Assembly (NCBI GenBank): GCA_037388505.1
Contig: JARRKC010000002.1
Coordinates: forward strand, 25,320-89,319
Direction: 5' to 3'
Source of the DNA: Acidobacteriota bacterium
Lineage (GTDB): Bacteria > Acidobacteriota > UBA6911 > RPQK01 > JAPXNP01
Length of the DNA: 64,000 nucleotides
Under the pieces are notes generated by a model. That model saw only the letters and a list, made by a program, of their open reading frames with translations, had not been told where the DNA came from and made no database searches. Below, in pieces: positions 50,470 through 60,327 of the stretch (its first letter is position 1; each line of letters starts with the position of its first letter). The position numbers and the translations under genes are program-made.

Positions 50470-51300
50470 TCACTGAGCCGAGTCGGCGTCCACTGGTCCC
50501 TGATATGTGATCACGGTGTCGATGATGCCGATCTCGACACGGCGGTTCTTGGCCCGGTCTGCTTCACTGGTCCCCTTGACGAGTGGGTTGGATTTACCGA
50601 AGCCCTTCGTGGAGATGATAGCCGGATCGATGCCGGCCTTGACCAGGTAATCGCGGACCGCCACTGCCCGCCGTTCGGATAGAGTTTGGTTGTATTGGTC
50701 TGTCCCGATGTCGTCGGTGTGACCAAATACTTGGACCCTGTACCCGCTCGACGTGAGCAGTATGCCGGCGATGCGGCTGAGGAGTTCTCGCTCTTCGGGG
50801 CGGAGTTCGGCTTTGTCGAAGTCGAAATTGATGGTGTCGCTGCCCAGGCTCATCAACAACCCGCTCTTTGTTCGCCGCGTACTGGCAATTCTGTTCAAAG
50901 CCCTCTGCAGACGGCTCATCTCCTCGTCCCGCTCGCGCCGGATCTTGTCGAGTTCGGCCTGGGCGCGCTGAGCTTTGATCCTGGCGTCTGTCGCTGAATC
51001 CTCAGCGCTGAGTGCTCGCTCTTCGAAGACATCCCGTTCGGCCTCGGCCTTGGTACGCCCTTCAGCGGCCACCCGCGAAAGCTCCTCGGCCTCCTCGGCT
51101 TTGCGTCGCGCTGCGTCGGCCGTGCTTCGCGCTGCGGCTGTCTTCTGGTCAAGATCCGAAACCTGAACGCGCATTGCTCCTATCTGCTCATTGATCGCGT
51201 TCATGCGAGTCACCAGAACATAACCCAGGAACACCACGGCCACGAGAGTCAGGCCAAGCGCCATCCACGGCAGGATGGGGCGGCCCTTTCCTGCAAGCAT
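50470..51300 (-). CDS. OmpA/MotB-family peptidoglycan-binding protein with TM anchor and coiled coil
   Basis: N-terminal TM ILPWMALGLTLVAVVFLGYVLV; long charged coiled coil; OmpA_C motif RVQVFGHTDDIGTDQYNQTLSERRAVAVRDYLV. Confidence 0.8.
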   Translation of the reverse strand: MLAGKGRPILPWMALGLTLVAVVFLGYVLVTRMNAINEQIGAMRVQVSDLDQKTAAARSTADAARRKAEEAEELSRVAAEGRTKAEAERDVFEERALSAEDSATDARIKAQRAQAELDKIRRERDEEMSRLQRALNRIASTRRTKSGLLMSLGSDTINFDFDKAELRPEERELLSRIAGILLTSSGYRVQVFGHTDDIGTDQYNQTLSERRAVAVRDYLVKAGIDPAIISTKGFGKSNPLVKGTSEADRAKNRRVEIGIIDTVITYQGPVDADSAQ

Positions 51301-51417
51301 CTGATCTTCTCCTGTTGGTCTATGCCGCGTTTCTCACCAGACTGCCGGTACCCGGCTTCTCTATTGTACGCGGCCACCGAAACTGACGCTCGAAACATCG
51401 ACAGAGGAGCGGCCAGC

Positions 51418-52761
51418 TCAAAGGCCAAGCATCAGGCGGGCGATCCAAAGGTAGATCAAAAGACCCGTCGCGTCGACCAGCGTACTCATGACGGGACCTG
51501 AAACCACCGCAGGGTCTATCTCGAACCGAGCGGCGATCAGGGGAAGCAACGCACCGACGGCCGTGGCCCACAGCACGACTCCAACCGTCGCCAGAGCCAC
51601 GGTGAGCGCCAAAGAGGGATTGGGTTCCCAGGTAATGGCACGCAGGAAAGCAAAGACGGCCATACCCACGCCCAACAGTATGCCGACACGGGCCTCATGC
51701 CACCAGACGCTGAAGACTTTGGAGGGGGTGATCTCCCCTACGGCCAGGGCGCGGATCACGGTCGCCGTCGTCTGTGACCCGGCGTTCCCGCCCGTTCCGA
51801 TCAGCAGTGGGATGAAGATCACCAGCGCCACCATCGCCTGGAGTTCGGACTCGAACATCCTCATGACCGAGCCGGTCAGAGTGGCTGTGATGAACAGGAG
51901 CAGGAGCCACCCGATACGCTTGCGTGTAATCGTGAGGGGAGAGGTTTCGAGGTAGCCGCGCTCCAGAGGTTCGGCCCCGCCGAACTTCTGGAAGTCCTCC
52001 GTCCCCTCGTCCTCCATGACCTGCATGATGTCGTCGACCGTGATGACACCGACGAGGCGTCTCTGATCGTCCACGACAGGAAGGCCGAGAAACCCGTAGC
52101 GACTCATGATCCGGGCCACCTCTTCCTGATCCATGGTGTCGCGCACGGCCATCACATCGTCGTCCATGATGTCCATGATCCGAGTACTCGGTTCGGCCAC
52201 GACCAGTTCGCGGAGGCTGACGACGCCGCACAGGCGGGCCTCCGTATCAATGACGTAAAGGTAGTAGACCTCTTGGGCGTCGGGCCGCCTGCGCCGCAGC
52301 TTCTCAATGGACTCCTGGGCCGTCATCCGACGACGCAGAGCGAGAAAATCGGAGGTCATCAGACCGCCGGCGCTTTCCTCCGAGTGCACGAGGAGCGGTC
52401 GTACCTCATCGGGATCTTCGAGCGATGCGATGAGGGCCTCAGCTTGAGCGGGGGCCAGCTCAGACAAGACGTCTGCGGCCTCATCGGGTTCCATCTCTTC
52501 CACGATTCGCACCACCGTCTCGTGGGGAAGGGACTCAATGAGTTGGGCCGCCTGCTCGTTATCGAGCTCTTCCAGAATGTCTGCGGAAGCTTGAGGCGAC
52601 AGCTCGGGAAGCAGCGCAACCTGTTGCGAGTCGGCGAGCTCGGAGAAGACCTCGGCCTGGTCCGGAGGGCGGTACATCTGGATGATCTCCGCGGCACGCG
52701 CGAAGTCGTCTCGCTCCAAAGCCTCCCGGATCTGTTCCAATACCTGGTCCACTAGATCCAT
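51418..52761 (-). CDS. mgtE: magnesium transporter MgtE
   Basis: N-terminal MgtE_N; tandem CBS domains; C-terminal TM domain with GNAGSQ...TGVV... motifs. Confidence 0.9.
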   Translation of the reverse strand: MDLVDQVLEQIREALERDDFARAAEIIQMYRPPDQAEVFSELADSQQVALLPELSPQASADILEELDNEQAAQLIESLPHETVVRIVEEMEPDEAADVLSELAPAQAEALIASLEDPDEVRPLLVHSEESAGGLMTSDFLALRRRMTAQESIEKLRRRRPDAQEVYYLYVIDTEARLCGVVSLRELVVAEPSTRIMDIMDDDVMAVRDTMDQEEVARIMSRYGFLGLPVVDDQRRLVGVITVDDIMQVMEDEGTEDFQKFGGAEPLERGYLETSPLTITRKRIGWLLLLFITATLTGSVMRMFESELQAMVALVIFIPLLIGTGGNAGSQTTATVIRALAVGEITPSKVFSVWWHEARVGILLGVGMAVFAFLRAITWEPNPSLALTVALATVGVVLWATAVGALLPLIAARFEIDPAVVSGPVMSTLVDATGLLIYLWIARLMLGL

Positions 52762-52956
52762 AGCCGAAATCCTCCGGTCCGGGCAATACTCCCCTGATTA
52801 TAGAGATCAAAGCTCGATGCCGCTCGGAATTGAAGCGAAGTTCATGCGAACGACGTTCCGCCGAGGGCAGGCATCCGTGCATGTCTCGGCACTTCGGCAA
52901 CTCAGGTCCTGGAGTGCGAGGTGTCGCCATTCCGCAGGGCTCCCTTCCCTTCTTTC

Positions 52957-52986
52957 TTGCCAGAGCTCCGTCCGGACCGCTATAAT
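52957..52986 (+). promoter_or_regulatory. candidate strong sigma70 promoter driving a leader of about 400 nt for RNase E/G
   Basis: TTGCCA (52957-62), 18-nt spacer, perfect TATAAT (52981-86). Confidence 0.55.
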
Positions 52987-53390
52987 TGCTGCGAGCGCAG
53001 ACGCTAACCCTTTATATGGTTTGAGTTATACAGATCCCCAGAGAGGGTTCGATTTTGTGTGGGCCGTCCAAGTGAGACGGCACCCAGTTTTTTTAGAGAA
53101 GCTTTTCGAGTGTGGTGAGCGGTAGGCCCCATCTCGACACCGGAGAAACGGTTCCGGACTCGGTCAGGAGCCCCGGAGAATCGAGGCAGAGAGTGCATTG
53201 TGTTTCCCGGAGTTCGATCGGTCGGATCGATGTTTTCCTGCCGGGAGTCGGCCCGCCTGTGACGCGGTTTCTTTCCGGCTTTTGCTGAGCCCGTGCGTGC
53301 CGACACCGCTGATACTCCTGTTTTCCGCCACTAAACTACCGGACGGCTTCTCCAGGGAGACGGGCGAATTGTGCCTGTCTCGAGGAGAAT

Positions 53391-55385
53391 GTGATGGCCA
53401 AGGAGCTCATCGTCAGTGCGACTAGCCTGGAAAAGAAGATCGCCATCATCGAAGACGACCAGGTTACCCAGATTTTTGTCGAGCGTGAACGAAGTAGAAA
53501 CATCCTCGGCAATGTCTACAAAGGACGTGTCACTCGCGTGCTTCCCGGGATGCAGGCGGCCTTTGTGGACATCGGGCTGGAGCGGAATGCATTTCTCTAT
53601 GTCACGGATTTCTTCGAAGACTACGAAGAGTATGGCGAGCTCTTCAAAACGGCCGGCACCGGCGTAGAGGATCTCCTCGAGGACTCCGAAAAGCGAGGGG
53701 AGCGCCCCTCCGGTCGGCGCGGGAGACGAGGGCGCAAAGGCGGCGAACGGCGGGAAGGTGAGGGGCGAGTATCCCCTCCGACTGAGGTCGCTGAGGACGG
53801 AAAGAGCCAGTCACCGGCTCCGGCCGAGGCCGTGGGTAGTGAATCCTTAGAGGTCTCTGTCGTGTGCGCCCCGATGCCAGTCGATGCACTTCTGCAGGGC
53901 GTGCCAAGGATCCTCCCCGAAGAGCTGGAGCTATGGGCCTCACAGCCGACGGCCCGTGCGGCTCCCGAAGAGGACTATCCTGAGAAACCCGCAATCCTCC
54001 CAGATCGACTCGACCACGTCGCCCGGCCTGCGAGAGGTCGTTCGTCAGGGCGACCGGGGCGCCGCCGGCCTCCCAGACACAAGGCCCGGGTCGATCACAA
54101 GCCCGACGTGCTCCCGTTCACTCCTCCACGCAACGGCTCGTCGCGCCGCCGTCGAAACAGCCAGCAGGATTCCGGTCCGCTGATCGGCGATCTCTTGAAA
54201 GAGGGCCAGGAAATCCTCGTGCAGGTGGCCAAAGAGCCAATCGGCAAAAAGGGAGCGAGGATCACCTCTCACATCGTTCTGCCCGGTCGCTTTCTGGTGT
54301 TCATGCCGACGGTCAATCACGTCGGAGTCTCACGGCGGATCGAATCGGCCAAGGAGCGACAGAGGCTCCGTGAACTCATTCTGGAGCTTCGAGGTGATGT
54401 CGAGAGAGGTTTCATCGTCCGTACGGCCGGTGAGGGCAAAACGCGCGCAGAACTCCGCCAGGACATGGTCTACCTGACGCGGCTCTGGGAGCAACTGAGA
54501 GCGAAGGGTGAGCAGAGATCGGCTCCCTCGCTCCTCCATTCCGAACTCGACATGGTCCAGCGGGTCACGCGGGATTTCTTCTCCGATGAGTTTCGGGCGA
54601 TCCGCGTAGACGATGAAGAAGAATACACTCGCCTGGTCGAGTTCATCAGCAACTTCAATCCGGCGATGGTCCACAAGGTCCGTCTCTACAACAAACGCAC
54701 GCCGATCTTCGATGAATTCAACATCACCTCCGAGATCGAGAAGGCTCTCAAGAGCAAAGTATGGCTCAAGAACGGTGGGTACATCGTCATCAACCAGACG
54801 GAGGCGCTGGTCGCAATCGACGTCAATACCGGCAAATACGTGGGTCGGACCAATTCTCTCGAAGATACGATCGCCAAAACCAATCTGGACGCGGTTCGTG
54901 AGGTGGTCCGCCAGATCCGCCTGCGAGATCTGGGCGGGATCATCATCGTTGACTTCATAGATATGGTCGATCCGCGAAACCAGCAGCGTGTCTGGGAGGC
55001 TCTTCAGACCGAGTTGCATAAGGATAAGAGCCCCTCGAAAGTTCTTCCGTTCAACGAGTTCGGCCTCGTAGCCATTACACGCCGGCGGGTCAGACAGTCC
55101 CTGGAGCGCACCTTGTGCCAGCCCTGTCCCACCTGTGAAGGGACCGGGATGACCAAGTCCGTTAGAACCATCTGCTATGCGCTCCATGGCGAGATCCGTC
55201 GCGGTCTCTCGTCTCTGGGACAAGGTCGCGAACTGATCATCCGATGCAACCCCGATGTCGGGCAGGCCCTCAAGACGACGGAAAAGAAGGTGAGGGACGA
55301 GCTGGCGGAGATGACCGGCAAGGAAATCACGATCCTGACCGATCCGCTGATGCACATCGAGCACTACGACCTCGTCGAAGCCTAG
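53391..55385 (+). CDS. rne: ribonuclease E/G family endoribonuclease with a large Arg-rich insertion in the S1 domain
   Basis: S1 start NVYKGRVTRVLPGMQAAFVDIGLERNAFLYV, then about 170 low-complexity R/G/P/E-rich residues, then ...DLLKEGQEILVQV...GRFLVFMP. RNase H-like and DNase I-like regions (IVINQTEALVAIDVNTG; LRDLGGIIIVDFIDM). Zn-link CQPCPTCEGTG. Confidence 0.9.
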   Translation: MMAKELIVSATSLEKKIAIIEDDQVTQIFVERERSRNILGNVYKGRVTRVLPGMQAAFVDIGLERNAFLYVTDFFEDYEEYGELFKTAGTGVEDLLEDSEKRGERPSGRRGRRGRKGGERREGEGRVSPPTEVAEDGKSQSPAPAEAVGSESLEVSVVCAPMPVDALLQGVPRILPEELELWASQPTARAAPEEDYPEKPAILPDRLDHVARPARGRSSGRPGRRRPPRHKARVDHKPDVLPFTPPRNGSSRRRRNSQQDSGPLIGDLLKEGQEILVQVAKEPIGKKGARITSHIVLPGRFLVFMPTVNHVGVSRRIESAKERQRLRELILELRGDVERGFIVRTAGEGKTRAELRQDMVYLTRLWEQLRAKGEQRSAPSLLHSELDMVQRVTRDFFSDEFRAIRVDDEEEYTRLVEFISNFNPAMVHKVRLYNKRTPIFDEFNITSEIEKALKSKVWLKNGGYIVINQTEALVAIDVNTGKYVGRTNSLEDTIAKTNLDAVREVVRQIRLRDLGGIIIVDFIDMVDPRNQQRVWEALQTELHKDKSPSKVLPFNEFGLVAITRRRVRQSLERTLCQPCPTCEGTGMTKSVRTICYALHGEIRRGLSSLGQGRELIIRCNPDVGQALKTTEKKVRDELAEMTGKEITILTDPLMHIEHYDLVEA

Positions 55386-55444
55386 AAGCTCTCGAGTTCC
55401 GGGTTCCGGACTCCCATTTCCCGAAGTCGCGCTCCCGCGCCTTC

Positions 55445-56260
55445 ATGTTAAGCTTCCTTATTGTGGAAGAAGACGTGCATTACTTCGACAAGCTCGTAGA
55501 GTTAATGGACAGACTGAGGGCACCCGACGGCTGTCCCTGGGATCGTGAACAGACCCGGGAGACGCTCAAGCCGATGTTGATCGAGGAGGCCTACGAAGTC
55601 CTCGAAGCGCTCGACAGCGCCGACCCGGATGATCTGTGTGAAGAACTCGGAGACCTGCTCTTTCAGGTCGTGTTTCACAGTCGAATCGCCAAAGAGAGAG
55701 GCGAATTCGATGCCTACGATGTCTGCAGGCGGGTCTACCAGAAAATGGTCAACCGTCACCCACATGTTTTCGGCGATGCCAACTATGAGACCTCTGAAGA
55801 GCTCTTGCGGAACTGGGAGGACATCAAGGCCAAGGAGAAAGAGGCGGCCGGCAGACAGAACTCGAAAGAATCGCTGCTGGACGGGATTCCGGAAGGATTG
55901 CCGAGCATGTATCGGACCTACCAGATGACGGCCAAGGCGTCTCGCGTCGGTTTCGACTGGCCTGATCTTTCAGGTCTGCGACAGAAGTTCCTGGAGGAGT
56001 TTCACGAGCTCGAAGAGGCGGTCGCAGAAGGCGAGGAGGGCCAAGTCCGAGAGGAAGTCGGTGATCTTGTCTTCGTGGCCCTCAATATTGCGCGATATCT
56101 CGAAGTCGATCCCGAGACGGCTCTGACGGGTGCGAACTCGAAGTTCCTGCAGCGTTTCCAGAGCATGGAACGCACTTTGAAACGGCGAGGGCGGGCCCTG
56201 AAGGACGTGTCCCTGGAGGAGATGGAGAGCGTCTGGCAGGGGCAGAAAACGGCGAAGTAA
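55445..56260 (+). CDS. mazG: nucleoside triphosphate pyrophosphohydrolase MazG
   Basis: LMDRLRAPDGCPWDREQTRETLKPMLIEEAYEVLEAL...ELGDLLFQVVFH, and a second EEXXE(x)D-type repeat. ATG at 55445; the ORF is open from 55244 inside rne. Confidence 0.85.
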   Translation: MLSFLIVEEDVHYFDKLVELMDRLRAPDGCPWDREQTRETLKPMLIEEAYEVLEALDSADPDDLCEELGDLLFQVVFHSRIAKERGEFDAYDVCRRVYQKMVNRHPHVFGDANYETSEELLRNWEDIKAKEKEAAGRQNSKESLLDGIPEGLPSMYRTYQMTAKASRVGFDWPDLSGLRQKFLEEFHELEEAVAEGEEGQVREEVGDLVFVALNIARYLEVDPETALTGANSKFLQRFQSMERTLKRRGRALKDVSLEEMESVWQGQKTAK

Positions 56261-56321
56261 TACGGGCGACCAACAGAGGGCCGCCCCGGGTGAGGATCTT
56301 CCATCCGGAGGGATAACGATC

Positions 56322-56765
56322 ATGAGCAAAGAGAAAGAACAGGAATCATCTCGATTCAAAGTCGACGATCGCCGAATGTTCACTCCGGAGGGCGAACCGG
56401 TCGGTCGCGGAGCCGACGAACCCAAGGACAGGAACCCCCGTTCCCCTGCGACGGAACCGGATAGGCCGGTCGGGCAGGAGCGAGCCGCAGAGAGGCCCAA
56501 CCAGGGCGACGAAACCGTCGACTTCGCTTCTTTTGTGCTGTCTCTGGCGACGTCTGCGATGGCTTATCTGGGCGAGGTGCCCGATCCAGCGAGCGGGAAA
56601 AAGGTGGAGAATCTGGAGGGCGCCAAGCAGATGATCGACATCCTGTCCATGCTCCAGGAAAAGACCAAAGGGAATCTGGAAAAGGACGAAGATCGTCTGA
56701 TCAGCAGTCTTCTCTATGAGCTTCGGATGAAGTATCTCGGCAAGGCTCGGGTCATCAAGCTCTAG
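56322..56765 (+). CDS. hypothetical protein (DUF1844-like by recollection)
   Basis: 147 aa. Charged N-terminus; RMFTPEG; amphipathic VDFASFVLSLATSAMAYLG; C-terminal LYELRMKYLG. Confidence 0.5.
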   Translation: MSKEKEQESSRFKVDDRRMFTPEGEPVGRGADEPKDRNPRSPATEPDRPVGQERAAERPNQGDETVDFASFVLSLATSAMAYLGEVPDPASGKKVENLEGAKQMIDILSMLQEKTKGNLEKDEDRLISSLLYELRMKYLGKARVIKL

Positions 56766-56788
56766 CCCGAATCCCGGATCATCCTGCC

Positions 56789-57625
56789 TTGGCGAATTCG
56801 AACGAGCCGGATATGCGAGTGACATTTCTCGGAACGGGGACCTCGCGCGGGATCCCTGTGGTCGGTTGTGACTGTGCCGTCTGCCGATCGGCTGACCCCT
56901 GCAACAACAGGCTCCGCAGTTCGATCCTCATCGAGAGCGACAAAACGATTTTGGTTGATGCGTCGGTTGACTTTCGCCAGCAGATGTTGAGGGCTCGGGT
57001 GCACGAGCTCGACGCAGTAATCTTTACCCATCATCACGCCGATCACATTCTGGGACTGGACGACGTCTTTCCCTATACCGTTCGCTCCGGAAAGGCTCTG
57101 CCCATCTACGCCAACGCGGGAACCTTGCATGAATTGCGTTTGACGTTTCGTCACCTCTTCACGCGCAACCCTTCCGGCGGGGTTGCACGCATCGAGCCTC
57201 GCCTCGTCAGCGAAGATTTTCAGATTGGGAATCTGACATTCGAACCGATCGATGTGCTGCACGGCAACCTGACCGTTCTTGGAATCCGCGTGGGACGATT
57301 CGCCTATCTGACGGACGTGAATCGGATTCCTGAAGCGAGTCTGGCCAGGCTGCGCGATTTGGACTGTCTGGTCCTCGACGGGCTGCGCTTTCGAAGGCAC
57401 CCGACCCATTTCTCGATTCAAGAGGCCGTCGAAGTCGCAGGCGTCATCGGGGCCCGCAAGACCTACTTGATCCACATGTGCCATGAAGTCGACCATGCGA
57501 AGACCAACCAGTCCCTTCCCCCGGGGATGGAACTGGCCTACGACGGCCTCGTGCTGACGTTCGACGGTACTTCAGGAGTGGCCGGCCCGGATCGTCGGAG
57601 TACGGACGCGAAACCATGCAGGTAG
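56789..57625 (+). CDS. MBL-fold metallo-hydrolase (PhnP-like)
   Basis: MRVTFLGTGTSRGIPVVGCDCAVC...FTHHHADHILGLDDV (HxHxDH). Confidence 0.75.
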   Translation: MANSNEPDMRVTFLGTGTSRGIPVVGCDCAVCRSADPCNNRLRSSILIESDKTILVDASVDFRQQMLRARVHELDAVIFTHHHADHILGLDDVFPYTVRSGKALPIYANAGTLHELRLTFRHLFTRNPSGGVARIEPRLVSEDFQIGNLTFEPIDVLHGNLTVLGIRVGRFAYLTDVNRIPEASLARLRDLDCLVLDGLRFRRHPTHFSIQEAVEVAGVIGARKTYLIHMCHEVDHAKTNQSLPPGMELAYDGLVLTFDGTSGVAGPDRRSTDAKPCR

Positions 57626-58590
57626 TCTCCGACCTCGATCGAATCGCTCCTGCGCTCGCCCATCCGGTCATGGCGATCGGTGTATTCGACGGTGTCCACC
57701 GCGGTCACCAGGCAGTCCTGGGCGAGGTTGTCGCGCGGGCCCACGCCCGTGCGGGGACGGCCGTGGTCCTGTCCTTCTTTCCCCATCCTCAAAAAGTGAT
57801 CGCATCTTCGGATGCGCCGCCTCTGCTGCAGACCTTCGATCAGCAAGCCGAGCTGTTGGAACAACTCGGCCTCGACCTTTTCATACGGCTGCCGTTTACG
57901 CGTCAGCTCTCGCTTCTCTCTCCCCAAGAGTTCGTCCGGGACATCTTGGTCCGGACGGGGATTCGCGAGGTGCTGGTCGGCGAGAATTTCCGTTTCGGGC
58001 ACAAACGGGCCGGCGACTTCTCGACATTGCTGCGACTCGGTGAGGAGTGGGGATTTCGGGTTCGCAAAGCACCGATCGTTGTGTTCCGCGGTGCTCGAAT
58101 CAGCAGCACGCGGATCCGCAGTCATTTGAAGCGCGGGAGCGTGCATCTGGCCAAACGGATGTTGTCCCGGCCCTACGAGATTCGCGGTAGCATCATCAAG
58201 GGGGCGATGCGCGGCATGAGGCTGGGCTTCCCCACGGCGAATATCCGACCCGAAAACGAGCTCATTCCGGCGACCGGCGTCTACGCGACGCGAGCCAGGG
58301 TGGATGGAACGCGCTTTGTCGGAGCGACGAATATTGGTTACCGCCCCACGGTGCACGGGTTCGCCGAGCGGGAGGCAACGGTCGAGACCCACTTGCTGGG
58401 TTTCACGGGTGATATCTACGGCAGGGAGATGAGCCTGGAGTTCTGCTACAGAATTCGAGAAGAGCGGCGCTTCGAGAACGTTCAAGCTTTGATTCATCAG
58501 ATCAGGGAAGATATCCTGTGCATCGAAAAGTACAGCCGTCGCGTCGACCCGTTGATGTCGGAGAGGGAGAACGAAATTGACCAGGGATGA
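57616..58590 (+). CDS. ribF: bifunctional riboflavin kinase / FAD synthetase
   Basis: AIGVFDGVHRGHQAVL nucleotidyltransferase motif; C-terminal riboflavin kinase domain (IRGSIIKGAMRGMRLGFPTANI...TNIGYRPTV). Confidence 0.9.
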   Translation: MQVVSDLDRIAPALAHPVMAIGVFDGVHRGHQAVLGEVVARAHARAGTAVVLSFFPHPQKVIASSDAPPLLQTFDQQAELLEQLGLDLFIRLPFTRQLSLLSPQEFVRDILVRTGIREVLVGENFRFGHKRAGDFSTLLRLGEEWGFRVRKAPIVVFRGARISSTRIRSHLKRGSVHLAKRMLSRPYEIRGSIIKGAMRGMRLGFPTANIRPENELIPATGVYATRARVDGTRFVGATNIGYRPTVHGFAEREATVETHLLGFTGDIYGREMSLEFCYRIREERRFENVQALIHQIREDILCIEKYSRRVDPLMSERENEIDQG

Positions 58591-58864
58591 GGTGAAGCAG
58601 ATCGCTCGGTTGGCCCGGCTGGAATTTGATGATGCCGGCCTGGATCGGTTCATCCCGCGATTCGAGCAGATCCTGGGCTACTTCGAGCAGCTGAAGGGTA
58701 TTGAGACGGATTCCGTCGAACCGACCTACCACGCGGTATGGGGCGAACTCAACACGCCCCTTCGCGAGGATGAGATCGCGCCCTCGCTGACCGTCGATGA
58801 GGCGGTCGATGGAGCGCCGGACTCACGGGACGGCTGCTATCGAGTTCCGAAGGTGATCGAATGA
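58577..58864 (+). CDS. gatC: Asp-tRNA(Asn)/Glu-tRNA(Gln) amidotransferase subunit C
   Basis: 95 aa: VKQIARLARLEFDDAGLDRFIPRFEQILGYFEQL. 14-nt overlap with ribF; 4-nt overlap with gatA. Confidence 0.85.
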   Translation: MTRDEVKQIARLARLEFDDAGLDRFIPRFEQILGYFEQLKGIETDSVEPTYHAVWGELNTPLREDEIAPSLTVDEAVDGAPDSRDGCYRVPKVIE

Positions 58865-60327
58865 AGGAAGCTGTTCGCTGGTCCATCAGGCAGATGCGTG
58901 ACGCCATCAAGAGGCGTGACGTGACTGTCCGGGAAGTCGTGCAGGCCCATGTCGAACGCATCCGGGAGTCAGACGATCGTCTGAAGGGTTTCCTCACGGT
59001 CAACGCCGAGGCCGCCCTGTCGCAGGCAGAAGAGATCGATCGCCGTCTGCAGGACCGTGATCTGAGACTGGGCTTCCTGACCGGCATCCCCATGGCCGTC
59101 AAGGACAACATGGTCACGAAAGGTGTCCGCACGACTTGTGGATCGAGGATCCTCTCGGAATATGTTCCACCCTACAGTGCCACTGTCGTGCGCCGTCTGC
59201 AGGCGGATGGAGCCGTCATTATCGGGAAGACCAACCTGGACGAGTTCGCCATGGGTTCGAGCACGGAGAACTCCGCCTTCTTTCCGACCCGAAACCCGTG
59301 GGATCTGGAACGGGTTCCCGGTGGCTCCAGCGGCGGATCGGCCGCCGCGGTGAGCGCCTTTCAGGTGCCCGGTGCACTCGGCAGCGATACGGGCGGCTCC
59401 GTTCGACAACCTGCGGCATTCTGCGGCGTGGTCGGTCTGAAACCGACCTACGGGCGGGTTTCGCGCTATGGCCTCGTGGCCTTCGGCTCTTCACTCGACC
59501 AGATCGGCCCGCTGGCCAGGACGGCTCGAGATGCAGCCTCGATTCTGCAGGTCATATCCGGCCATGATGCGAAGGATTCCACCTCATCGACCCAGCGTGT
59601 GGATGGCTACATCAGCGAGATCGGGAAAGACGTCCACAACCTGCGGGTTGGAGTTCCTCGGGAGTGGTTCGGGACGGGCCTCGAGCCCGAGGTGCGCCGG
59701 CACGTGGAGCGCGCCATGAAGCATCTGGAAGTCCTCGGATGCCGTCTGGAGGACGTCAGTCTGCCGAACACGGAATACGCGATCGCGACCTATTACATCA
59801 TTGCTCCGGCCGAGGCCAGCTCCAACCTCGCCCGCTATGACGGCGTCAAATACGGATACCGAAGCCCGAGAACCGTGGATCTGGAGACGATGTACACGAG
59901 AACACGTTCCGAGGGCTTCGGAGCGGAAGTCCAGAGGCGGATCATGATCGGAACCTATGTTCTGAGCGCCGGCTACTATGACGCCTACTTCCTCAAGGCC
60001 GGCAAGGTTCGGACTCTGATCCGCCAGGACTATGCCGCGGCCTTCGAAAAGGTCGACCTTCTGGTTGGCCCGACGACGCCGACCCTGCCCTTCAAGTTGG
60101 GAGAGAAGACAGCGGATCCCATGGCCATGTATCTGTCGGACGTCTACACGGTCACGGCGAATCTCGCGGGGATCCCCGCACTGTCGATGCCCTGCGGCTT
60201 CTCGGAGGACGAGTTGCCCGTGGGATTGCAGATCCTTGGGCCGCCCTTCTCCGAAGCCCGCATGCTGCGGCTCGCCCATGCTCTGGAAACGGAACTGGCC
60301 CTGGAGTTCCCCGCCCCGGCGGTCTGA
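58861..60327 (+). CDS. gatA: Asp-tRNA(Asn)/Glu-tRNA(Gln) amidotransferase subunit A
   Basis: Amidase signature GGSSGGSAAAVSAFQVPGALGSDTGGSVRQPAAFCGVVGLKPTYGRVSRYGLVAFGSSLDQIGP. Confidence 0.9.
   Translation: MKEAVRWSIRQMRDAIKRRDVTVREVVQAHVERIRESDDRLKGFLTVNAEAALSQAEEIDRRLQDRDLRLGFLTGIPMAVKDNMVTKGVRTTCGSRILSEYVPPYSATVVRRLQADGAVIIGKTNLDEFAMGSSTENSAFFPTRNPWDLERVPGGSSGGSAAAVSAFQVPGALGSDTGGSVRQPAAFCGVVGLKPTYGRVSRYGLVAFGSSLDQIGPLARTARDAASILQVISGHDAKDSTSSTQRVDGYISEIGKDVHNLRVGVPREWFGTGLEPEVRRHVERAMKHLEVLGCRLEDVSLPNTEYAIATYYIIAPAEASSNLARYDGVKYGYRSPRTVDLETMYTRTRSEGFGAEVQRRIMIGTYVLSAGYYDAYFLKAGKVRTLIRQDYAAAFEKVDLLVGPTTPTLPFKLGEKTADPMAMYLSDVYTVTANLAGIPALSMPCGFSEDELPVGLQILGPPFSEARMLRLAHALETELALEFPAPAV

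Noticed and set aside
52762-52960. M-box (Mg) riboswitch upstream of mgtE
   Set aside because: The apparent leader between a minus-strand TATAAT (52797-52802) and the ATG is only about 30 nt. No M-box-like conserved stems were seen.
54330-55364. 344-aa minus-strand ORF
   Set aside because: Antisense to the RNase E/G catalytic domain.
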